Assembly (NCBI GenBank): GCA_029565065.1
Contig: JAKQOW010000018.1
Location: forward strand, 4,043-68,042
Direction: 5' to 3'
Length of the DNA stretch: 64,000 nucleotides
Source: Acidobacteriota bacterium
Lineage (GTDB): Bacteria > Acidobacteriota > JAAYUB01
This document shows, in pieces, positions 1 through 8,661 of the stretch. Position 1 is the first letter of the stretch. The number at the start of each line of letters is the position of its first letter. The position numbers were made by a program, and so were the translations under genes. The notes beneath the pieces are model-generated. The model was not told the DNA's origin. It saw only the letters and a program-made list of their open reading frames with translations, and searched no databases.

Positions 1-878
1 GCCCCCGGGCTCACGAGCACGCCGTCGCCCGGCGCCACGGCGTAGTTGGACGGCCGGTGACGGCGCCGGGGAAACAGCGCGACTGTCCAGCCCGTCTGTC
101 CGTACCAGAGCAGGAGGTTGACGAGCGGTTCGGCTCCCGCCGGGTCCGCGGGCAGGCGCTGCAGCCATCCGGCCAAGGCCCGCCGGAGCTCCTCCTCCTG
201 CCCCCCCTCCAGGACGATGACTGTGCGGCCATACCCATCGATGGTGAACGCCGCCACTCCTTCGAGCGCGGGCAGCTCCCGCCGCCGGCCGGCCAGGGCG
301 GGCTCGGCCAGATGGTGCACATCCGCCTCGACGAGGGTGCTGTACCGCGGGATGGCCTGAAAGTGCAGATGGTCCGGTGCCGACGCCCCGCAGCGGGGTC
401 CGTTGTACAGCAGGCTGAAGCGGCCGGCCAGCCGCCGTGCCAGCGGGAACATGGCCGGCAGACAGGCATCCAGCACCTGGGGGCGGTGGTCGCGATGGAT
501 CACCACCGGGTGGGGATAGAAGATCGGAAACGGGTTGAGGAAAATGGCGAAATCCCGGTCTACCGCCAGGCCGCGTTCCGGCGGCGGCATCTGGGCCGGG
601 CAGAGGAAGCAGGCGCGCCGGCGGATGGACGCCGGGTCCACGGGGGCGGCCACGCTGGCCTCGCGAGCGGGATTGTATTCCAGGCGCACCCGGAAGGCCC
701 CGAGCGCCACCTCCCGGTAGCGGCAGGCAAACCAGGCGTCCCGAGCCTGCCGCAGCTCCGGCCAGGCGGATTCCTGCTGGACGATCAGGCGGTCCAGCCG
801 CGCTGCGAGGTCGTCCCCGTTTGCCGGTTCCGGCGGTCCGAGCAACTCGGGCGCAACCAAGCGTTCGTGCCAATCCAT
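1..878 (-). CDS. HIT-superfamily nucleotidyltransferase/phosphorylase, GalT/Ap4A-phosphorylase branch (partial, 3' end beyond window start)
   Basis: Hand translation of minus strand from ATG at 878: MDWHERLVAPELLGPPEPANGDDLAARLDRLIVQQESAWPELRQ... continues without stop to position 1. Contains CFLC and HLHFQ (His-x-His-x-Gln) motif typical of GalT/Apa2 family. Not in the supplied ORF track because it has no stop in-window. Replaces the GC-artifact ORFs 57..932(+) and 11..469(-). Confidence 0.55.
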   Translation of the reverse strand, partial: MDWHERLVAPELLGPPEPANGDDLAARLDRLIVQQESAWPELRQARDAWFACRYREVALGAFRVRLEYNPAREASVAAPVDPASIRRRACFLCPAQMPPPERGLAVDRDFAIFLNPFPIFYPHPVVIHRDHRPQVLDACLPAMFPLARRLAGRFSLLYNGPRCGASAPDHLHFQAIPRYSTLVEADVHHLAEPALAGRRRELPALEGVAAFTIDGYGRTVIVLEGGQEEELRRALAGWLQRLPADPAGAEPLVNLLLWYGQTGWTVALFPRRRHRPSNYAVAPGDGVLVSPG

Positions 879-1100
879 AGCATCCCTTCGTCCACAGGCT
901 GTGGCGCCGTCCGACGTCCGTGCGGCTCATGATCCCAAAAACGGATCCTGAATGCAACGGACTGAATACGCCGGGCCGTTTCCGTCATCTGAATACAGGG
1001 CCGGGCGCCACGGATCCGGCCACCGGCGAGGCGAGGGAAATGAGTTGCTTTTTTCTCGATTCCCTGCATACAATTAGGGAAAGTCCGCGGGAGCATCCGG

Positions 1101-1391
1101 GTGGAAAACAACCAGCGCCGCAGCAAACGCGTTCGCACCAATTTTTATATGAAGCTGAAGGGTGTGGACGTGCACGGCAAGTACTTCGAGGAAGTGGTAC
1201 AGACCGCGAACCTCAGCAAGACCGGCGCTCTGTTTGTCACCGAACGCGACCTCGAGGTGGGCACCAACGTATTCCTGTCGATCCCGCTGCCGTCCACGGT
1301 GGTGCGGATCGAAAAGTTCGAGAATTCCCGGGAGAAGAAGTACGCAGTCTATTTCAAGCCGTACCACCCCGAGGAAGAAGAAAAGAAGTAA
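1101..1391 (+). CDS. PilZ-domain c-di-GMP binding protein (96 aa, GTG start)
   Basis: RRSKRVR (RxxxR) followed by NLSKTGALF (D/NxSxxG) = the bipartite PilZ c-di-GMP motif. Single-domain size. Confidence 0.6.
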   Translation: MENNQRRSKRVRTNFYMKLKGVDVHGKYFEEVVQTANLSKTGALFVTERDLEVGTNVFLSIPLPSTVVRIEKFENSREKKYAVYFKPYHPEEEEKK

Positions 1392-1449
1392 TCGCCGACC
1401 CGCCGCGCACGCATCATTCCGTTCTAATCCATTGTACGAGGAGATTTTT

Positions 1450-1908
1450 ATGAACCCCATCCAACGCCTCCTGTGCCTGGGGATCGCCATCCCCGTGCTC
1501 CTGCTGCTGTCCGCCAGCTGCTCGGCCGTCACGCCGGTAACGGAATCCACCGCCGCCTCCAACGAGACGGTCATCGGCCACGGCGCCGAGCTCGATCTCA
1601 AGGATCACCTGGTGAGCGGCAAGACCGTGATCTTCGACTTCTTCAGCGAGTACTGTCCGCCCTGTCGGAAGATCTCTCCGCTGCTGGCCAGGCTGGATAC
1701 GAAACGGGACGATCTGGTCGTGGTCAAGATCGACATCAACCGGAAGGGCGTCACCGGCATCGACTGGGGCTCCCCCGTCGCCCGGCAGTACAACCTGCAA
1801 AGCATTCCCCACTTCAAGATCTATTCGCCCGAGGGCAAACTCGTTGCCGAGGATGAAGCGGCCTTCAACCAGGTGATGAGCCTGCTGGACAAAGAAGGGA
1901 TCAAGTAG
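1450..1908 (+). CDS. thioredoxin-fold lipoprotein (CPPC active site)
   Basis: Signal peptide with lipobox LLLLSASC; CPPC redox motif in FDFFSEYCPPCRKISPLL; GAGGAG RBS 8 nt upstream of ATG 1450. The ORF-track start at 1162 is an upstream extension overlapping the PilZ gene. Confidence 0.6.
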   Translation: MNPIQRLLCLGIAIPVLLLLSASCSAVTPVTESTAASNETVIGHGAELDLKDHLVSGKTVIFDFFSEYCPPCRKISPLLARLDTKRDDLVVVKIDINRKGVTGIDWGSPVARQYNLQSIPHFKIYSPEGKLVAEDEAAFNQVMSLLDKEGIK

Positions 1909-1950
1909 CGTCCGTCTCCCGCACCCGCTATCCTGAACAGACCACCCCTT

Positions 1951-1984
1951 GCCGCCCCGGCCCGCCGGGGCGGCGGTATGTTTG
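1951..1984 (+). terminator. rho-independent terminator-like hairpin after thioredoxin-like gene
   Basis: GCCGCCCCGG-CCCG-CCGGGGCGGC perfect 10-bp GC stem followed by GGTATGTTTG. Confidence 0.4.
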
Positions 1985-1995
1985 CGCGGCCATGA

Positions 1996-2038
1996 ATGAA
2001 AAAACGCCCCGCCGAAAGGCGGGGCGTTGTGTTTGGGT
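1996..2038. terminator. bidirectional rho-independent terminator (groEL 3' end / convergent thioredoxin-like gene)
   Basis: AACGCCCCGCC-GAAA-GGCGGGGCGTT 11-bp stem, flanked by AAAAAA on one side (T-run on minus strand, just after the groEL stop) and GTGTTTGGGT on the other. Confidence 0.6.
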
Positions 2039-2056
2039 CGGTTCAGCCGAACGGGA

Positions 2057-3697
<1,641 letters not shown>

Positions 3698-3725
3698 TTA
3701 TCAATGAGTTACTGCGTTCGCGAAT

Positions 3726-4013
3726 CTACTCGACGATGCCGAGGATCTCGTCCTCGCGCATGATCAGATATTCCTGGTCTTCCATCTTCACTTCGTTGCC
3801 GGAGTACTTGCCGAACAGCACCCGGTTGCCCACCTTCACCTCGGGCGTCACCCGCTGGCCGTTGTCCAGGATTTTGCCGTTGCCGACGGCGATGACTTCG
3901 CCCTGCTGGGGCTTCTCTTTGGCGGTGTCGGGGATGATGATCCCGCCCTTGACCTGCTCCTTTTCTTCCAGTCTCTTGACGATCACACGATCGTGCAGCG
4001 GTCTGATTTTCAT
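3726..4013 (-). CDS. groS: co-chaperonin GroES (95 aa)
   Basis: [47 protein letters not shown]...; start re-set to internal ATG at 4013 with AAGGAGAG RBS. The ORF-track N-terminal extension to 4169 is not supported. Confidence 0.9.
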   Translation of the reverse strand: MKIRPLHDRVIVKRLEEKEQVKGGIIIPDTAKEKPQQGEVIAVGNGKILDNGQRVTPEVKVGNRVLFGKYSGNEVKMEDQEYLIMREDEILGIVE

Positions 4014-4075
4014 AGGCTCTCTCCTTAATATTGGGTGTTGAAGGTCGTTCAAACAAAAAAATTCATGGGTTTGAT

Positions 4076-4092
4076 TGCAAAGTGGATGCCAA
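4076..4092 (-). promoter_or_regulatory. sigma-54-type -24/-12 element upstream of groES
   Basis: Minus-strand sequence TTGGCATCCACTTTGCA = TGGCAT-N5-TTGCA (consensus TGGCAC-N5-TTGCW), about 60 nt upstream of the groES ATG. No CIRCE inverted repeat (TTAGCACTC-N9-GAGTGCTAA) found in 4014-4205. Confidence 0.3.
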
Positions 4093-4205
4093 TGTCCGGA
4101 CAGGCAACATGAAGCCGGATTGAATTGAAAACGCCCATTCTGCAAGGCTTTTTGCAACAAACACGGCACGGGAACATGCTGGAGAATTAGTCTTCTGGTG
4201 GAGAA

Positions 4206-5372
4206 TTATGCCCCGGTCTGCTCAGGCTTCACCATCTCCAGACACGGGCGCCGCCGGATCACCGCGTCGTAGAGCGCCTCATACTGCCGTACAATCCGGT
4301 CAGCGGTGAATTCCGCCAGGACCCGCTGCCGCGCCTCCCGGCCGAACTTCCGGCGGCGGCGCTCGTCAGTGAGCAGATCGGCCGCGGCTTCGCCCAGGGC
4401 GGTCACGTCGCCCGGGTCGACCAGATAACCGGTCTGCCCGTGGCGGATGACCTCGGGCATCCCGCCAACCCGGTAGGCGACCACCGGCACGCCGCATGAC
4501 ATCGCCTCCAGCGCCGACAGGCCGAAGCTTTCGCTGCTGCTGGACATCAGGTACACGTCGGCCAGCGACAGGTATTCCAGCACGTTGCTCTGCATCCCCA
4601 CGAAAGTGACCAGATGGTTCACATCCAGGTCCCGTGCCAGCTGTTCGGCGTGGGGGCGGTCGGGCCCGTCGCCCACCACGACGAGCCGGCAGCGGGTTCG
4701 CCGGCGGGCGATGTCCAGCACCCGGATGATGTCGGGCACGTTTTTGACCGGCCGGAAATTCGACACATGCAGCATGAGTTTTTCGTCCGGTGCGGCGAAG
4801 CGGTCCCGCGCCGCGTGGCGCTGGCGTCGGAACGCATGGGGGTCGATGAAGTTGGGGATTACGAAAATGGGGCAGCGCATATCGAAGAAGCGCTCGGTCT
4901 CTAGCCGCAGCCAGTCGCTCACCGCCGTCACCGCATCGGAATGGCGGAGGATGAACTGGGTCACCCGGGCCATGGACGGCTCGCTGCCCACGACGGTGAT
5001 GTCGGTGCCATGCAGTGTGGTGATGAACGGCAATCGGATGCCGTCCTCGGCGAGCATCTCCCGGGCGGACCAGGCGCTCATGCCGTGGGGGATGGCATAG
5101 TGCACGTGGACCACATCCAGTTTGTGGTTCCGGGCCACGTCCGCGATCATCGCCGTGACCTCGAGGGAGTACGGCGGATATTTGAACAGCGGGTAGACCG
5201 ACACCTCCACCTTGTGGAAAAAGACATTGGGCAGACCCGGCGTCACCCGGATCGGCAGGGCGAAGCTGATGATGTGGACCTGATGGCCCAGCTTGCCCAG
5301 CTCTTTGGCAAGCTCGGTGGCGACGATTCCGCTGCCGCCGTGGGTGGGGTAACACACGATGCCGATGTTCAT
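4206..5372 (-). CDS. bshA: N-acetyl-alpha-D-glucosaminyl L-malate synthase (GT4 glycosyltransferase, BshA)
   Basis: 388 aa; near-collinear with B. subtilis BshA: MNIGIVCYPTHGGSGIVATELAKELGKLGHQVH...VHVHYAIPHG...TTLHGTDITV...HVSNFRPVKN...ESFGLSALEAMSCGVPV. Confidence 0.8.
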   Translation of the reverse strand: MNIGIVCYPTHGGSGIVATELAKELGKLGHQVHIISFALPIRVTPGLPNVFFHKVEVSVYPLFKYPPYSLEVTAMIADVARNHKLDVVHVHYAIPHGMSAWSAREMLAEDGIRLPFITTLHGTDITVVGSEPSMARVTQFILRHSDAVTAVSDWLRLETERFFDMRCPIFVIPNFIDPHAFRRQRHAARDRFAAPDEKLMLHVSNFRPVKNVPDIIRVLDIARRRTRCRLVVVGDGPDRPHAEQLARDLDVNHLVTFVGMQSNVLEYLSLADVYLMSSSSESFGLSALEAMSCGVPVVAYRVGGMPEVIRHGQTGYLVDPGDVTALGEAAADLLTDERRRRKFGREARQRVLAEFTADRIVRQYEALYDAVIRRRPCLEMVKPEQTGA

Positions 5373-6121
5373 AGCAGCCGCCCCTGCTTCCGGCCGAATG
5401 CCGCCAACGGATCGTCCACCAGCAGATAGCCCTCGCTGTGGAAACCTTCGGCGAACCGCGCCCCAACCATGGCGCCCATGCTCCGGCAGTGTGCGCCCAC
5501 GACGTCAAGGAAATCGGGCTGGCCCAAGTAGGTGGCCGGCTCATCCGGCTGGCGGGGCGACACCTGGCTGTGGTGGCAGCGGATGGCCGCGAGCTTGGCG
5601 TCCCAGAATTCGCTGACATCCACCAGGAAGGTGGGGCGGAGCCGGTGGGGCTGGGCGAAGGTGAAGAAGTACTTCGGCCGATGCGGCGGCAGGTCGGGCT
5701 CGAGCTTGGCCAGACCGGCGTGGTGGCAGGCCGAACGGACAAGGGCGTAGGCACCGGCATGGTCGGGATGCGGATCCAGGGTGTGGTGCGAGAACACCAT
5801 GGCGGGCATCGTCTGCCGGATCACGCGGACCAGCGCGGCGCGGGCCGCGGCCGTTGGGGCCAGATCGCCATCGGGCAACTCCAGGTTGACCCGAAACGCC
5901 ACGCCCAGCGCCTCGGCAGCGGTCCGGCTCTCCGCCACGCGGGTTTCCGGCTCGCCCCGGCTCCCGGATTCGCCCCGGGTGAGATCCACCAGGCCGATCC
6001 GGCGTCCGGCCGCGGCGAGCCGTGCGATGGTGCCGCCCATGCAGATCTCGAGGTCATCCGGATGGGCTCCCACGGCCAGAATATCCACCGGGCTCAGACC
6101 CGGCGCGCCGAACACGATCAT
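5369..6121 (-). CDS. bshB: PIG-L/LmbE-family deacetylase (GlcNAc-malate deacetylase BshB)
   Basis: 250 aa; ILAVGAHPDDLEICMGGTIARL...HPDH motifs of LmbE-like zinc deacetylases; ATGA overlap with bshA. Confidence 0.75.
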   Translation of the reverse strand: MIVFGAPGLSPVDILAVGAHPDDLEICMGGTIARLAAAGRRIGLVDLTRGESGSRGEPETRVAESRTAAEALGVAFRVNLELPDGDLAPTAAARAALVRVIRQTMPAMVFSHHTLDPHPDHAGAYALVRSACHHAGLAKLEPDLPPHRPKYFFTFAQPHRLRPTFLVDVSEFWDAKLAAIRCHHSQVSPRQPDEPATYLGQPDFLDVVGAHCRSMGAMVGARFAEGFHSEGYLLVDDPLAAFGRKQGRLL

Positions 6122-6122
6122 G

Positions 6123-7745
6123 TCACTCCTCCAGCCAGAGCATCACGTGGCGCGGGTCGAAGGGATCCACCGCCTGCATCAGCCGGTCCACCAGTCCGGG
6201 GCCGAACACGCTGAGCAGGGGCAATAGATTCAGGGTGCGCTCCTGCAGATTCCCATTCGGGACGAGCTCCTGATGTAGGGTGTCGAACCGTCGGATCAGC
6301 TCCTCGTTGTCCGCTTTGGCCTGGCGGCGGACCCGCTCCTCCAGCTTGTCGACGAGGCCGTTGATCTTGCCCAACGTTGAGGCCGTGAAGCGGGTGACGT
6401 CCTCTGGATAATCCAGCAGCGAGCCGGCCAGCCGGTCCAACGCTCCGGTCAGTTCACCGCGGCGCTCCAGAAACGCCTCGAGACGCTCGACGCGTCCTTG
6501 CGCCGCCAGCAGCCGCGTGAGGGTCTCCTCGCGGGGATCGAACAGCGCTCGTGGCTCCAAACCCAATTGCCGGGCCCGCCGGGACGCGCCGGGCGGGATC
6601 AGCGTGGCCGAAAAGCGCGGCCACAGGAGTGGCGGCGTCAGCCCCCACAGGGGATAGAGCGGTCGGATCTGGGCGTGGTAGGCCAGCTCCGCCGGACCGC
6701 CCACGTAGACCGCGGTGGAGAACAGCCAGTCCTGGAAAAGCGGCCGCAGCAGGGCGTCGGGCGAGAAGCGGGCGGCGTCCTGCCGGAGCCAGCCAGACCA
6801 CCCGGTGACGTCGCAACCCACAGTCGTCCCGTCCACGGTGAATCCGCCCCCGGGCGCTTCCATCACACGCCGCCGGCCGGCCTCGGGGTGCAGGTAGAAC
6901 AGGAACGCGCGCTGGGGTTGAATGCGGATCTGCGGTTCATGTCCGGCCGCTTCGAGTGCGGTCTGGCGGTCCGTCACGCGGCGAACGGCCTCGGTTCGAA
7001 GCTCGGGATATCGGGCCAGAAAACCGGCCAGGGCCCCGTGCCGCTCCATGGCCATGGGATCGAACAGGCACAGGCCCAGCGGCGCGAGCAGGCGGGCCAT
7101 GAAATCGCGGAACGCATCAGCCAAACCGCGGCCCGACCGGTAACACTCGCCCACCAGCCCCGCGGCCCAGTCGCGGTGCGTGCTCCGGGGCAGCAGCTCC
7201 AGCGCCTCTTGCCAGAACGATGCCGCCGCCGTATCGATAACCACCTCTGCCACAGGGCGGAGATCGGCGGCCGGCGCGGTCGGCAGGGTCAGCCGTTGCA
7301 GGCCCCGGCCGGGCACCATCCAGGTGATGTCAGACACCTCGCGGAGGTCGTGATCCTCCGAGGCGATCCAGAAGACGCCCACCGCCGGCACGCCCGACCG
7401 GCGCAGCTCGCCGACCAGTGCCGCAACGGTCAGCGCCTTGTACAGCGTGTAGGGGGGGCCGCCCAGGGCGCCGGCCTGTTGGCCGGTGAGAATGCACACC
7501 GCGCCCGGCCGGCCAGCGTGCGCCAGCGTTTCGGCCACGGCGGGGTGCGTCGGCTGATTCTGGCGGATCAATTCGTCCAAACCGCGGAATGTCCGCGCCG
7601 GCGTCGCCGCCTCGCGCAGGGCGACGTCGTCCCAACGGGCCAGACCCAGGAACGCCTGGCGCACATCAGGCCGCCGGATGATGTCCCGGAAAAACGGACT
7701 GCAGCCCGGCAGCTCGGCCGGATCGAGTCGCAGGATGTCCACCAT
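6123..7745 (-). CDS. bshC: bacillithiol biosynthesis cysteine-adding enzyme BshC (540 aa)
   Basis: AVCILTGQQAGALGGPPYTLYKALTVAAL...VFWIASEDHDLREV matches the BshC GQQ / EDHD signature. Start re-set to MVDILRLDPAELPG (ATG 7745). The ORF-track extension to 7946 runs into the divergent intergenic region. Confidence 0.75.
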   Translation of the reverse strand: MVDILRLDPAELPGCSPFFRDIIRRPDVRQAFLGLARWDDVALREAATPARTFRGLDELIRQNQPTHPAVAETLAHAGRPGAVCILTGQQAGALGGPPYTLYKALTVAALVGELRRSGVPAVGVFWIASEDHDLREVSDITWMVPGRGLQRLTLPTAPAADLRPVAEVVIDTAAASFWQEALELLPRSTHRDWAAGLVGECYRSGRGLADAFRDFMARLLAPLGLCLFDPMAMERHGALAGFLARYPELRTEAVRRVTDRQTALEAAGHEPQIRIQPQRAFLFYLHPEAGRRRVMEAPGGGFTVDGTTVGCDVTGWSGWLRQDAARFSPDALLRPLFQDWLFSTAVYVGGPAELAYHAQIRPLYPLWGLTPPLLWPRFSATLIPPGASRRARQLGLEPRALFDPREETLTRLLAAQGRVERLEAFLERRGELTGALDRLAGSLLDYPEDVTRFTASTLGKINGLVDKLEERVRRQAKADNEELIRRFDTLHQELVPNGNLQERTLNLLPLLSVFGPGLVDRLMQAVDPFDPRHVMLWLEE

Positions 7746-7872
7746 CAGCCGCTCCCTGGGTTCGGATACCGGCGGCCGGATGCCGCCGGACGGGAAAACC
7801 GGCTTGATTCTAGCACACTCTTCGGATATTCTGGGTTCAACCGCACGCGCACGTCGGAGATGTCCCTTGGAC

Positions 7873-8637
7873 ATGAAGGAATTGTACCTCAAGGTGCAGC
7901 AGTGGGTGGATGCCTGCAGCCGGATCGAAGACTTGGGCATCCGCAAGCACCAACTCCTGGACCGGCTCCAGGAGCTTCCGCCGGACGCTTTCGCCGAGGC
8001 GCTCTATTACATCCTGCGCCAGGCCCAGACTGGCCGGCCGGCGTTCAAAGAGGTTTTGGACGCCGTGAGCGATCTGGAACCCATGATCGCCCGTCTGGGA
8101 CGGCCGTTTTTCAGCGAGGTGTACACCTACTCCCGCGCGAAGCACTTCGACGACGTGGTGCATTTTCTCCGCCAGCCACGCCCCAAGCGCGGGCTGAAAA
8201 CCGCTGCCCTGCCCGATCCGGACCAGCTCGCCAACGAGCTCACCCTGGGCCAGCGCAAGGCGCTGGCCATGAGTCCGGACCGGCATACGATGGAACAGCT
8301 GATGTTCGATCCGGACCCCAGCGTGATCCACCGCCTCCTCAGCAATCCGCGGATCACCCTTCCTTTCGTCATCCGGATCACCGCCCGCCGCCCCAACTAC
8401 CCCGCGGTGCTGACCGAGGTCTTTCACTCGCCCCGCTGGATCGTGCACTACGACATCAAGGTGGCGCTGGTCCGGAATCCGTACACCCCGCCGCCCATTT
8501 GCCTGCGCCTGCTCCCGAACCTGCGGACCCAGGACCTGCGGGAGGCGGCGGGCGACACCAGCCTGCTCCCGGAGATCCAGGAAGCCGCCCGCGACCTGCT
8601 GCAGAAACGCGTCCGGCAAGCCGAGTCGGCCCCCTGA
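7873..8637 (+). CDS. hypothetical protein (254 aa, helical repeat-like)
   Basis: ORF with ATG at 7873 (MKELYLKVQQWVD...), 24 nt upstream of the histidine kinase gene. No recognisable catalytic motif. Confidence 0.45.
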   Translation: MKELYLKVQQWVDACSRIEDLGIRKHQLLDRLQELPPDAFAEALYYILRQAQTGRPAFKEVLDAVSDLEPMIARLGRPFFSEVYTYSRAKHFDDVVHFLRQPRPKRGLKTAALPDPDQLANELTLGQRKALAMSPDRHTMEQLMFDPDPSVIHRLLSNPRITLPFVIRITARRPNYPAVLTEVFHSPRWIVHYDIKVALVRNPYTPPPICLRLLPNLRTQDLREAAGDTSLLPEIQEAARDLLQKRVRQAESAP

Positions 8638-8661
8638 CGATCCCCTGTTTCGGAGTGTTGC

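Noticed and set aside
11-932. ORFs 57..932 (+) and 11..469 (-) at the window start
   Set aside because: GC-frame artifacts. The third minus-strand frame encodes a coherent HIT/GalT-like protein (MDWHERLVAPELL...HLHFQAIPR...) that runs off the window.
4014-4205. CIRCE/HrcA operator or a sigma-32 heat-shock promoter upstream of groES
   Set aside because: No TTAGCACTC-N9-GAGTGCTAA inverted repeat and no CTTGAAA-N13-15-CCCCATNT match with correct spacing was found by eye. Only the sigma-54-like element is reported.
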